Of a DNA stretch of 45,123 nt, positions 16,489-26,315 are shown one piece after another (within the stretch, counting starts at the first letter, position 1; every line of letters begins with the position of its first letter). The position numbers and the translations under genes are program-made. The stretch covers positions 1 through 45,123 of the forward strand of contig CACYWX010000006.1 of NCBI GenBank assembly GCA_902778205.1. Reading direction: 5' to 3'. The notes under the pieces were generated by a model, which had not been told where the DNA came from, searched no databases, and saw only the letters and a list, made by a program, of their open reading frames with translations. The stretch is from an uncultured Ruminococcus sp. (GTDB taxonomy: Bacteria; Bacillota; Clostridia; Oscillospirales; CAG-272).

Positions 16489-17394
16489 GTGGAGATCCCG
16501 GTAGACGGACGGCTGGCGGGCATGACGATCCGGGAGGTTCTCACGCGGGAGCTGGGCTTTTCCTCCAATCTCATCAAAAAGCTGAAGTTTTCCGAAAACG
16601 GGATCCTGGTGGACGGGGCCTTTGTGACGGTGCGCCACGTGCTCCGGGAGGGCGAGCGACTGACCCTCTCGACCGAGGACCGGGAGGAGGACGTGAGCCC
16701 CTATCTGATCCCCGTGGACCTGCCCGTGGAGATCCTCTATGAGGACGAATGGATCACCGCCGTGAACAAGCCGCCGGACATGCCCGCCCATCCCTCCCAG
16801 GGACACCGGCTGGACACCCTGGCAAACGCCCTGGCCTGGCGGTACCGGGACCGGATCTACGTGTTCCGCCCCGTCAACCGGCTGGACCGGGACACCTCCG
16901 GCTGCATGCTGACCTCCAACACCAAGGACGCTTCCTATAAGATGTACGCCGCCATGACCGGAGGGCTGATCCGCAAGGAGTATCTTGCGGTGCTGGACGG
17001 GATCCCCCGGGAGAGGGAGGGCGTGCTCCGCTCCTTCATGCGCCGGAAGCCGGACAGCGTCATCGAGCGCCAGGAATGCGCCTGCGAGGATGAGGGAGCG
17101 AGGGAGGCCGTCACGGAATACCGGGTGCTGTCCGCTTCGGACGGACACGCCCTGGTATCGGCCCGGCCCGTCACCGGCAGGACCCATCAGCTGAGAGTCC
17201 AGTTCGCCGGGATCGGCTGTCCCATCACGGGGGATTCCCTGTACGGGGAGGCGTCCCCCCTCATCGCGCGCCACGCCCTGCATTCGGTACGCACCGCCTT
17301 TCCCCATCCCATGACCGGGGAGACGATCCGGGTGGAAGCGCCCCTGCCTCCGGATATGACCGGGCTGGTTGACGCGCTGGGACTGACCGAGTGA
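16489..17394 (+). CDS. RluA-family 23S rRNA/tRNA pseudouridine synthase
   Basis: S4-like N-terminus plus catalytic motif FRPVNRLDRDTSGCML and RTHQLRVQFAGIGCPITGDSLYG. Start placed at in-frame GTG 16489 just after the upstream stop. The long upstream part of the ORF-track entry (16237) overlaps the previous gene. Confidence 0.8.
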   Translation: MEIPVDGRLAGMTIREVLTRELGFSSNLIKKLKFSENGILVDGAFVTVRHVLREGERLTLSTEDREEDVSPYLIPVDLPVEILYEDEWITAVNKPPDMPAHPSQGHRLDTLANALAWRYRDRIYVFRPVNRLDRDTSGCMLTSNTKDASYKMYAAMTGGLIRKEYLAVLDGIPREREGVLRSFMRRKPDSVIERQECACEDEGAREAVTEYRVLSASDGHALVSARPVTGRTHQLRVQFAGIGCPITGDSLYGEASPLIARHALHSVRTAFPHPMTGETIRVEAPLPPDMTGLVDALGLTE

Positions 17395-17421
17395 GGAAAT
17401 CCGCTTCAAGGAGGAATCCGT

Positions 17422-18528
17422 ATGGTACGCTTTCTGCGCCGGGTCAACCGCTGGGTTCACCCGCTGACGCTGTTTTTCATCCTGTGCGGGATCGCCGCCG
17501 CCGGGATCCACATCGGCTGTTATCTGTCTCCGGGCTTTGCGGACGCCTTCAACGCCGGACCGGCCTCCCATGTGCGGATGTTCATGGCGCGGCTCACCGG
17601 ATGGATCCCCTTCTCCCTGGCGGAGTTCATCGTGCTGGGCTCTCCCGTCATCGCGGCCGTGGTCATCGTCGTGTCCGTCCGGAAGGCGGGCAGGAGCGGC
17701 CGGTATTTCGTGCGGACCCTGACGGGGCTTCTGTCCTTCGCCGTCTTTCTTTACGCCATGTTCGTCTTCTCCTTCGCCGCCGGCTACCGGACAACGGGGC
17801 TGGGCGCGAAGCTGGGACTGGACCGGCGGAAGGTCACCGTGGAGGAGCTGGGAGACACCATGCGGATCACGGTGGACCGGCTGAACGAGCTGGCCGGCGA
17901 TATCATGATCGTCCGGGACCGGGGCTCCGTGCGTCCTTACTCCCATGAGGACACGGTGCGCCTCTGCCTGGACTCCTACGGGGCGGTGACGGACCGGTAC
18001 GGGTTCCCGGCGAAGTTTGAGGCTCCCGTGAAGGAGCTGGTGACGTCCGATCTCATGACCTACACCCACATCTCCGGCATGTACACCTACTTCACCGGGG
18101 AATCCAATCTGAACATCAACTACCCCTACTACGTGAACGTCTACACCACGGCCCACGAGATGGCCCATCAGCGCGGGATCGCGCGGGAGGACGAGGCCAA
18201 CTTCATGGCGTTTCTGGTCTGCATCGGATCGCCGGATCCCTTCATGCAGTACGCGGGTTATCTGAATATGTACGAATACCTGTACTCCGCCCTGTCCTCC
18301 GACCGGGAGCTGAGGGAGAGCATCCGGGACACGCTGGATCCCCGGGTGCGGTACGATCTGGTGTGCTACAGCCGCTTTTTCGACAAATACCGTGACAATA
18401 CCGCCGCCAAGGTATCCAACACCGTCAACAACACCTATCTGAAGATGCAGGGGACGGAGGGCGCCAGAAGCTACGGCCTGGTGGTGGATCTGGCGGTTGC
18501 CTATTACCGGGATCGGCCGGGATCGTGA
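17422..18528 (+). CDS. DUF3810-family membrane protein (putative zinc metalloprotease, HEMAH motif)
   Basis: ATG follows AGGAGG. N-terminal TM helices and a TAHEMAHQRGIAREDEANF (HExxH) motif, as I remember for DUF3810. Confidence 0.75.
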   Translation: MVRFLRRVNRWVHPLTLFFILCGIAAAGIHIGCYLSPGFADAFNAGPASHVRMFMARLTGWIPFSLAEFIVLGSPVIAAVVIVVSVRKAGRSGRYFVRTLTGLLSFAVFLYAMFVFSFAAGYRTTGLGAKLGLDRRKVTVEELGDTMRITVDRLNELAGDIMIVRDRGSVRPYSHEDTVRLCLDSYGAVTDRYGFPAKFEAPVKELVTSDLMTYTHISGMYTYFTGESNLNINYPYYVNVYTTAHEMAHQRGIAREDEANFMAFLVCIGSPDPFMQYAGYLNMYEYLYSALSSDRELRESIRDTLDPRVRYDLVCYSRFFDKYRDNTAAKVSNTVNNTYLKMQGTEGARSYGLVVDLAVAYYRDRPGS

Positions 18529-18550
18529 CCCGCCGGAAAGGAGGAGGACC

Positions 18551-19642
18551 ATGGCGATGACCGGAGTCCGGATCCGGACTGCCGCTCTGCTTCTGGCCGC
18601 CGCGCTGACGTTCTCCGCATCGGCCCGGGCGGCAGGTACGGCGGATCCCCCGGAGCCGGGGAAAGAAGAAGCCTCCCCAGGAGCGGTCCCGGAGGATATG
18701 CCCTCCCTGTTCCGCAACGACATGCCCTGGTACAAGGACACGCTGGAGCCTCTGATCATGAGGAACGGCGTCCCATACGTGCCGGCGGACTTCCTCGGGA
18801 TGTTCCCGGGCATATCGTTCACCATGCCGGCGGACAACAATCTGCTGCTGGCCTCCGCGGACGGGACGTCCTACGTGTCCATCCTGCTGGACGACGGTAC
18901 TTCGGTGGTCAACGGCGAGATCGGCGACACGGTGGGGCTGTTCCGGGACGGCACGGTGCTGTACGTGGAGGCGGAGCCGGTCTGCCGGGCTCTCGGGCTG
19001 GAAGAGGAGCTTTCGGATGGGCCGACGCTGCGGATCACGGACGGAAACGAACGGCTGACCATGGATCAGCTGATCGGGTCCTATCTGCCCCGGGAGGACG
19101 CGGCGGTGAAGACCCGCTTCGACGAGGAACCGGAGCCCGCCCGGCGGCTGTTCATCTTCTGCACCTCCCCGGAGGACACGGGCGAATACAGCATCGAGCG
19201 TGAGCTGGAGCGGTACGGCCTGAACTGCACGGTGTTCCTCTGGCACGACGCCTCCCCGGAGGAGATCCTGGCGGGGCAGTCCTACGGCGCGTACGGCGTG
19301 GCCACTACGGACGAGGAGGACACCGCCGGAGCCCTGACTGCCGCGGACGGGAGGATCCGGGAGATGACCCGGCGCAGGACCCGCTGGACCCTTACCACGG
19401 AGGATCCGGAGACGGACGACGAGCTCCGGTCAGCGGGCTTCTGTCCCCTGACTCCGGATTTCACCGTCACCAGCCTGACGGCCCTGGACACCATGATGGC
19501 GGAGCTGGAGGGGCGTCTGAACGAGCGGAACGAGGTCTATGTGTTTCTGACGGACTGCTGGAAGGGAACGGTGGCGGTGAGCCTGCTGCGGGCCCTTCTG
19601 GACAATCACTCCGACTGGGCGGACAGCAACCTGGGCGGATGA
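18551..19642 (+). CDS. secreted protein with copper-amine-oxidase-N-terminal-like (stalk) domain
   Basis: ATG at 18551 follows GGAGGAGG. Signal peptide MAMTGVRIRTAALLLAAALTFSASARAAG. The segment NGVPYVPADFLGMF...LLLASADGTSYVSILLDDGTSVVNGE...VLYVEAEPVCRALGL resembles the Cu_amine_oxidN1 fold. The C-terminal half is unknown. Confidence 0.6.
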   Translation: MAMTGVRIRTAALLLAAALTFSASARAAGTADPPEPGKEEASPGAVPEDMPSLFRNDMPWYKDTLEPLIMRNGVPYVPADFLGMFPGISFTMPADNNLLLASADGTSYVSILLDDGTSVVNGEIGDTVGLFRDGTVLYVEAEPVCRALGLEEELSDGPTLRITDGNERLTMDQLIGSYLPREDAAVKTRFDEEPEPARRLFIFCTSPEDTGEYSIERELERYGLNCTVFLWHDASPEEILAGQSYGAYGVATTDEEDTAGALTAADGRIREMTRRRTRWTLTTEDPETDDELRSAGFCPLTPDFTVTSLTALDTMMAELEGRLNERNEVYVFLTDCWKGTVAVSLLRALLDNHSDWADSNLGG

Positions 19643-19683
19643 CGCGCGTTTTTCTTCATAATTTATTATACAGGAGGATCCCC

Positions 19684-20079
19684 ATGAACGAAGTCTATGA
19701 ATTTCTGAAGGCGGCGGGCACCTATTATCTCGCCACGGTGGAGAACGGAGAGCCCCGGGTGCGTCCCTTCGGCACCATCGACGTCTGGAACGGAAGGCTG
19801 ACCCTGCAGACCGGTCTGAAGAAGGACGTGGCGAAGCAGATGCTGGCGAATCCGCGGGTCGAGATCTGCGCCATGTCCGCGGACGGCCGCTGGATCCGGG
19901 TGACGGCGGACGCGGTGCTGGTGGAGGATGTCGACGCGGCGGAGCATATGATGAACGCCTATCCGTCCCTGAGAGCCATGTACGCGCCGGGCGACGGAAA
20001 CACCGCCGTATTCGCGCTGGAGAACGGCCGTGCGGTGATCGCCTCCTTCACGGCGGAGCCGGTTGTCTTTACATTCTGA
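19684..20079 (+). CDS. pyridoxamine 5'-phosphate oxidase family (FMN-binding split-barrel) protein
   Basis: ATG at 19684 follows AGGAGG. MNEVYEFLKAAGTYYLATVENGEPRVRPFGT...NPRVEICAM is typical of the PNPOx-like family. Confidence 0.75.
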   Translation: MNEVYEFLKAAGTYYLATVENGEPRVRPFGTIDVWNGRLTLQTGLKKDVAKQMLANPRVEICAMSADGRWIRVTADAVLVEDVDAAEHMMNAYPSLRAMYAPGDGNTAVFALENGRAVIASFTAEPVVFTF

Positions 20080-20109
20080 CGATCTGACACACATCATCGG
20101 GAGGACCAC

Positions 20110-22050
20110 ATGCGACTTGTAACCAACGAATTCGCGCCGCTGAAGAAGGTGCGCGTGACGGACGGCTTCTGGAGCCGCTATCAGGACATCGCTGCGGAGA
20201 AGATCATCCCCTTCCAGTGGCGGGCCATCAACGACGAGGTGCCGGACATCGAGCCCAGCCATGCCATCCGGAACTTCCGCATCGCCGCGGGACTGGAGGA
20301 GGGCGAGTTCGCCGGATACGTCTTCCAGGACAGCGACGTGGCGAAATGGCTGGAGGCCGCGGCGTATCTTCTGACCATCCGGCCCGATCCGGAGCTGGAG
20401 AAGACCGCGGACGGCGTCATCGAGCTCATCGAGTCGGCTCAGCAGGAGGACGGGTATCTGGACACCTTCTTCCAGATCGCCGAGCCGGACAAGAAATTCA
20501 CCAACCTGAACGAATGCCATGAGCTGTACTGCGCCGGGCACATGACCGAGGCGGCGGTGGCGTATTACGAGGCCACCGGCAAGGACAGACTGCTGAACGT
20601 GATGCGCCGGTTCATCGACCTGATCGACGAGAAGATCGGGCCGGAGGAGGGCAAGCTCCATGGCTATCCGGGCCATCCCGAGCTGGAGCTGGCTCTGTGC
20701 CGTCTCTACCGGGCCACCGGAGAGGAGCGGTATCTGAAGCTCTGCGAATACATGGTGAACGCCAGAGGAACCGAGCCCTATTTCTTCGAGGAGGAGCTGA
20801 AGCGGCGCGGCTATACCGGCTTCTGGGGCGGCGGACGGCAGGACCATGTGGACGGGAAGTACAACCAGTCCCACAAGCCCATCCGTGAGCAGAAGGAGGC
20901 CGTTGGCCACAGCGTCCGGGCGGGATACCTCTACACCGGCGCGGCGGATCTGGCGGCGGAAATCGGGGACGAGAGCCTGGCCCGGGCCATGGAGACCCTC
21001 TGGGACAACGTGACCAATCGGCAGATGTACATCACCGGGGCCGTGGGCTCCCAGGTCTGGGGCGAGGCCTTCTCCTTCGACTACCATCTGCCCAACGACA
21101 CCGTTTACGGCGAGACCTGCGCGGCCATCTCCATGGTGTTTTTCGCAAAGCGGATGCTCCGGATGAAGGCCGACCGGACCTATGCCGACGTCATGGAGCG
21201 CCTGCTCTACAACGGGACCATCTCCGGCATGGCCCTGGACGGCCAGCACTTCTTCTACACCAATCCCCTCGCCATGTGGGAGGAGGCCACGAAGAAATCC
21301 GGCGCGTCGGGGCACATCCGCTCGAAGCGGCCCGGCTGGTTCGGATGCGCCTGCTGTCCCCCGAATCTGGCCCGGATGATCACCTCCCTGGGCGGGTACA
21401 TCTATTCAACCTCCGCCGACACGGCCTACGTCCATCTGTACGTGGGCTCGGAGGCGGAGCTGGACGTGGGCGGGAAGACCGTGACCCTGTCCCAGACCGG
21501 AAACTACCCCTGGGACGGACACATCGTTCTGAAGCCCGGGGCCGGGACCTACCGTCTGGCGCTCCGGATCCCCGGCTGGGCCAGGACCTTCTCCGTCCGG
21601 ATCAACGGGGCGGCGGTCTCTCCCGCTCTTGAAAACGGATACGCCGTCATGAGCCGGGAGTGGCGGGACGGAGACGAGGTCATCCTCGATCTGCCCATGC
21701 CGGTGGAGTTCGCGGAGGCAAATCCCCTTCTGCGGGCGGACAACGGCCGGGTAGCCATTATGCGGGGACCGGTGGTGTACTGCCTGGAATCCGCGGACAA
21801 CGGGGAGGATCTGGACGCGCTTCAGCTCACCGATCCCGAAGGTTTCCGCGCGGAGGTTGACGACAGCCTCTTCCCGGGCATGGTGAAGCTCACAGGCCCG
21901 GCCCTCAGAAGAAAACCCTGGACCACCGGCGCGCTGTACCGGACGTACCGGCCCGGGGATCTGGAGGAATGCGAAATCACGGCGATCCCCTATGCCTTCT
22001 GGGACAACCGGGAGGACACGCGGGAGATGATCGTCTGGATCCGCAGATAA
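20110..22050 (+). CDS. glycoside hydrolase family 127 (beta-L-arabinofuranosidase-like, DUF1680)
   Basis: 646-aa ORF with GFW..R......IP.QW, SHAIRNFRIAAG, FQDSDVAKWLEAAAY, ECHELYCAGHMTEAAVAYYEATG and GYPGHPELELAL. These are characteristic GH127/HypBA1 blocks. Confidence 0.85.
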   Translation: MRLVTNEFAPLKKVRVTDGFWSRYQDIAAEKIIPFQWRAINDEVPDIEPSHAIRNFRIAAGLEEGEFAGYVFQDSDVAKWLEAAAYLLTIRPDPELEKTADGVIELIESAQQEDGYLDTFFQIAEPDKKFTNLNECHELYCAGHMTEAAVAYYEATGKDRLLNVMRRFIDLIDEKIGPEEGKLHGYPGHPELELALCRLYRATGEERYLKLCEYMVNARGTEPYFFEEELKRRGYTGFWGGGRQDHVDGKYNQSHKPIREQKEAVGHSVRAGYLYTGAADLAAEIGDESLARAMETLWDNVTNRQMYITGAVGSQVWGEAFSFDYHLPNDTVYGETCAAISMVFFAKRMLRMKADRTYADVMERLLYNGTISGMALDGQHFFYTNPLAMWEEATKKSGASGHIRSKRPGWFGCACCPPNLARMITSLGGYIYSTSADTAYVHLYVGSEAELDVGGKTVTLSQTGNYPWDGHIVLKPGAGTYRLALRIPGWARTFSVRINGAAVSPALENGYAVMSREWRDGDEVILDLPMPVEFAEANPLLRADNGRVAIMRGPVVYCLESADNGEDLDALQLTDPEGFRAEVDDSLFPGMVKLTGPALRRKPWTTGALYRTYRPGDLEECEITAIPYAFWDNREDTREMIVWIRR

Positions 22051-22058
22051 AGCAAAAC

Positions 22059-22102
22059 CGCGCGCCCCGGTCCCGTCCGGAGACGGAAGGGAGGGGCGCG
22101 CG
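22059..22102 (+). terminator. GC-rich hairpin after GH127 (terminator-like, no T-run)
   Basis: CGCGCGCCCC (22059-22068) pairs with GGGGCGCGCG (22093-22102), with an inner CCGTC/GACGG helix. It is not followed by a U-tract, so its function is uncertain. Confidence 0.4.
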
Positions 22103-22139
22103 TTCCTCAGTTGATCGATTTGGAAGGAGAAGAATCCGG

Positions 22140-24784
22140 ATGAAACAATCGGGTAGAATCGCCGCCCTGCTTCTGGCCTGCCTCCTGGCGTCAGGGTCCT
22201 GTTCGCGGGGGCCAGGAGGGATTTCCGTACAACCCGGGGAAAATGCGCCGGCCCCGGTCTCATCCCCGGCGGAACCGGAGCAGGCGGCGGTTTCCACGGA
22301 CGGAGGGCGGATCGTGGTGAAGGGTGAGGAAAATCAGCCCTCCATCATCCCCTCCGAGGCTCCCGGGATCTATACCCCCGAGACCCGGCCCTCCCATGTG
22401 AAGCTGACCACGGATTCACCCTACCGGATCGTCTATACCACCTCCACCTGCAACATTCCCGAGGCGTCGCGGATGAGGTCCGGCTTCCGTATAATGACTG
22501 CGGGGACGGCGTGACGGAATGCGCGGTGGTCCGGGCAGCCCTGTACGACGGGAGTGAGCTGGTGCGGAGTCAGACCTTTACCTATTTCTCCGCTCCTGAG
22601 GGACGCTTCACCACGCCGGTGTTCTCCCTGGTGTCCGATCCCGTGGGCCTCTACGGCTACGAGGAGGGAATCCTGGTGGAGGGCAAGGCCCGGGACGACG
22701 CCCGGAAATACGGCAATCCCGAGGGATGGGTGCTGGGCAACACCAACGCCAACTTTTACAACGGCGGCATCGAATGGGAGCGGGCCATGTCCATGGAGTA
22801 CTCCGGGGACGGAGAGGGCGCCTTCGACTACAGCTCCGACGGCGGCATGAGAGTCAACGGAGGCTGGACCCGGGCCAACGTCCAGAAGTCCCTGAAGCTC
22901 TTCAGCCGACGGACCTACACCCCGGACCACGGGACCTTCACCCTGGATCTCTTTCCCGGCTACCGGGATCCCTTCACGGAACGCACCGTCTCCTTCGCCA
23001 ATACCATCCTTCTGCGGGGCGGCTCCAACAACGAGGGGAACAACGTCATTGCCACGCCTCTCCAGCTGAAGCTCTGCGAGGGCACCGGGCAGATCATCCC
23101 GGCCATCCGCCCCGTGACGGAGTTCATCAACGGGAAGTACCGGGGCGTGTTCATGATGATCGAGGACTACGACGCGGACTTCATCGAGGCCCATTTCGGC
23201 GTGCCGGAGGAGGAGCTGACGATTTTGTCCGGTTCATACGAGAACTACGGCGGAAGCATGTGGACCCTGGACACGGGGAACGACGGGGACGTGCGGGACT
23301 TCATCCGTACCATGAACAAGCTGGCCGCCATGGACGCCAAGTCCTCATCGGGCCTGGCCCAGGCGGAGGAACAGCTGGACCTGCGGAACTTCATTGAATA
23401 CATGTGCATCGAGCTGTACTGCTGCAACTCCGACTGGCCGGACAACAACCTGCGCTGTTTCCGGCGGAACACGGACGGCTTTCAGCCCGACGCGGAGGGG
23501 ATTTACGACGGCCGGTACCGCTTCCTGCTGAAGGACCTGGATCTGGCCTTCGGACACGGCCACGACGTGAAAAAGGACCCCTATCACACCATCGGCGGGC
23601 AGAGCGCGCTCCTGATCCGGAACGTGTTCAACAACCTGATGCGCAACGAGACCTTCAGGAACCGGGTCTACATGTACTTCTGCACCCTGGCGTCGGCGGT
23701 GTTCGATCCGGTTCGGGTCAGCCGCACCGTCGGGGACTTCACCCTGGCCATGCTGCCGGAGATGGAGTACACCACGAAGAGCCTCGGCGTAGCGGGCGGC
23801 TCCGTGAAGGCATGGAAAGCCCAGACCTCCGCGCTGACCTCCTTCTCCGTGAAGCGGGTGAAGGCGGTGCTGGAGGCCACGGAGCGGGAATCCGGGCGGA
23901 AGCTGTCGACCCTGTCCGTGACCCTGTCCGGGGAGGGCGAGGCGGAGCTCGGCTGGTTCCCGGCGTCGGACGGGGAGACCCGGCAGTATCTGCAGTCCAC
24001 CCTGATCCCGCTGACCGTTCCGGACGGAGCGGAGGTGGAGGTGACGGGCGGCACCTACGGGAACGGGAGCCTGGTCCTGACCTCCGCCGAAGCCTCCGTG
24101 ACGGTGGTTTTCCCCGGGAAAGCGGATCCCAAACCCGCCGACGGACCGGTCATCAACGAGGTGTCCTCCCGGAGCGCGGAGAGGGACTTTGTGGAGCTGT
24201 ACAACGGCTCGGACGGGGAGATTTCCCTGGACGGCTGGACCCTGACCGGAAAGAAGACCCAGTCCCTGGACGGGTATGTGATCCCGGCCCATGGGTACCT
24301 CACCCTGGGAGACGGATACGACGCGCCGCTCACCGCCGGTCTGCCGAAGGACGCGGTGCTGACGCTGGCGCACAATGGGGAGACCGCGGATTCGCTGACC
24401 CTCACCGAGGTCCACTCCTCCATCGGATGGGGAAGGCTCCCGGACGGCGGGGACATGAAGACCCTGTATCCCTCCGAAGAGACGCCGGGCGCTGAGAACG
24501 GGATCCTGCCTCCCTTCGAGATGGGATACGCCGTCCGGGACGCCCTGGTGATCTGCGGGGAGAAGACCGATCTCGACGTCCGGCTGGGCGAGAACACCCT
24601 GCTCCCTCTGTCCCTGTTCAAATCCGCCTTCAAATTCGGACGGGACGTACACCGGACCGAATACGAATGGTTCCGGGACCACGGGAGCGAGAAGATGACC
24701 GTGGCGCAGCTTCTGGACTTCTTCGAGGGCACCTCCGTCTACGCCCGCTTCCTGCCGGAGCGGAACCTGTTCATCGCCCAGTGA
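22140..24784 (+). pseudogene. CotH kinase-family protein with N-terminal signal peptide and C-terminal lamin-tail domain, split by a frame change near 22468 (or two coupled genes)
   Basis: Frame 1 (ATG 22140, RBS GGAAGGAG) gives MKQSGRIAALLLACLLASGSCS...PYRIVYTTSTCNIPEAS, then stops at 22512-22514. The -1 frame is open across the junction (...ADEVRLPYNDCGDGVTECAVVRAALYDG...) and continues into the CotH core and an LTD (VINEVSSRS..FVELYNGSDGEISLDGWTL). One beta-sandwich domain appears to be split between the two frames. Confidence 0.6.
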
Positions 24785-24817
24785 GCGGGACGGGTTCCTC
24801 AGAAAAAAGACGATCAT

Positions 24818-24870
24818 AAAGGACGCCGCTGTCCCGGATCCCGTGAAGGGAGGGGACGGCGGCGTCCTTT
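24818..24870. terminator. bidirectional terminator hairpin between convergent CotH genes
   Basis: AAAGGACGCCGCTGTCCC (24818-24835) pairs with GGGACGGCGGCGTCCTTT (24853-24870), an 18-bp stem with one wobble. Confidence 0.75.
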
Positions 24871-24882
24871 GCGTTCTTCGCG

Positions 24883-26250
24883 TCAGTTGTGCCATTCGGA
24901 GTTGAGCCAGGCGATGCGGGTGTTCAGCCAGTTCCGGAGATAGTCCAGTTCTTCCTCGTAGGTGAAGAGGGAGAGGTGGCCGCGGAGGTCCGTCATTTTC
25001 AGCTTCTGGGGCCACTTTTTGGCGTCCAGCTTCTGGCTCTGGGAGATGATCTCCGCCTGATCGTCCAGGAGCTGCATGAAGGCCGCGATCTGCCCGTCGT
25101 CGTAGAGCTGGGTCCAGCGGTTGTGGATGGCCTGTTTGAAATCCTTCTCCTGGGTCAGGGTCTGGTACCAGGGGGAGTAATTGGAGGCCGCCACGTGGTA
25201 GCCCTCCGGATACATGCAGGTGGCAGCGTTCTGGTTGCCCATGCAGGTGTCGTAGTCCCAGCAGGGTCCCATGTGGAGCTTGCCGTCCCGCACGTACATG
25301 TAGCAGGAGGTGGTGAAGCCCGAGTCGTAGTTCTTCACCAGCTCGTTCATGATGTACCAGTCCACGAAGGAGTCCACGTCGATGTACCGGGAGTAGACGT
25401 TCTTTCCCTTGTGCATGATGGCCTCGTCCGCCTTGACGATGAGCTGGCGGTACGTGCTCATGAGGGTCTGCCGCTCCTCCTCGTCCGTCACGTCGTCGAT
25501 GGGCTCGGTGAACATGATGTGGGTGCCGGAGGGACAGACGATGCAGTTCGAGCAGTCGCTGTGGCGGTACTGGGCCTCGATCTCGAACAGGGCGTCCGCG
25601 TCCACCTGCCCGGAGCCCAGGGTGATGTTCTGGGACAGGACGTAGAGGCCGTTGTACTTCCCGTTGACGTACACGTCCACGTACCGGGTCTGCACGGCGT
25701 AGTCCATGCCGAGGATCTCCGACGCCAGATTCAGGGCGATGAAGTTCCGCAGAAGGGTCTTGTCGGAATAGGTGGTGATGAGGACCCACTTCTTCCCGGC
25801 GTTCATGCCGAGGAGGGGCGCCGCCTCGTCCAGCTTCATTCCGTAGGTCTTCTGGGGAAAGGACCAGCTGTAGTTTCCGCGGCCCTTGAGCTGCATGCCC
25901 AGGTCCGTGAAGCCCTCGCCGTCGTACACCAGGGAGCAGGTCCCCGGGGTGAAGCGGTGGTGCTGGACGTTACTCAGGCTCGTCTTACCGAGATCGATGT
26001 ACAAAGTGGGCAGGTTGGTGGCCTGGGGATACGCGGCCCGCTCCTCCTCCGTCAGGGTGTGGGCGGAGGCCTTGCCGGACACGATGACCCTGCGGTTTCC
26101 GAGGGGCGTCGGCTCGGGAGCGGCGGTCTCCGTTTCGACGACGGTCTCCTCCGCGGGGGCGGGAACCGGTTCCTCAGCGGGGGAGGAGGGCGCGCATCCG
26201 TTCAGGAGAAGCAGGACGGCCAGGACCGCGGGGATCAGATGACTTTTCAT
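24883..26250 (-). CDS. CotH kinase-family lipoprotein
   Basis: ATG at 26250 follows GGAG. Lipobox MKSHLIPAVLAVLLLLNGC. CotH-like blocks GRGNYSW, KKWVLITTYSDKTLLRNFIA, YVDVYVNGKYNGLYVL, WYIMNELVKNYD, GPCWDYD. Confidence 0.8.
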   Translation of the reverse strand: MKSHLIPAVLAVLLLLNGCAPSSPAEEPVPAPAEETVVETETAAPEPTPLGNRRVIVSGKASAHTLTEEERAAYPQATNLPTLYIDLGKTSLSNVQHHRFTPGTCSLVYDGEGFTDLGMQLKGRGNYSWSFPQKTYGMKLDEAAPLLGMNAGKKWVLITTYSDKTLLRNFIALNLASEILGMDYAVQTRYVDVYVNGKYNGLYVLSQNITLGSGQVDADALFEIEAQYRHSDCSNCIVCPSGTHIMFTEPIDDVTDEEERQTLMSTYRQLIVKADEAIMHKGKNVYSRYIDVDSFVDWYIMNELVKNYDSGFTTSCYMYVRDGKLHMGPCWDYDTCMGNQNAATCMYPEGYHVAASNYSPWYQTLTQEKDFKQAIHNRWTQLYDDGQIAAFMQLLDDQAEIISQSQKLDAKKWPQKLKMTDLRGHLSLFTYEEELDYLRNWLNTRIAWLNSEWHN

Positions 26251-26315
26251 GGGAACTCCGATTTCTGTGCTTCCGGTTGATTTTCCGGGAAGGGGATGGT
26301 ATAATGGGGCGGGAC

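Noticed and set aside
16462-18840. 792-aa minus-strand ORF across the rluA-family and DUF3810 genes
   Set aside because: It spans two well-supported plus-strand genes and their intergenic RBS. Its composition is R/G/P/H/V-rich, it has no recognisable domain, and it is a shadow ORF.
23345-25789. 814-aa minus-strand ORF spanning both CotH genes and their terminator
   Set aside because: It crosses the convergent terminator hairpin and is antisense or out of frame to both CotH genes. Its R/G/P-rich translation is an artefact of GC content. The same reasoning applies to 6625-7830(-), 9355-10545(-), 10858-12357(+), 19666-21315(-), 24889-26280(+), 26277-27290(+), 27976-28962(-), 32575-34113(-), 38670-40019(-) and 42318-43940(-).
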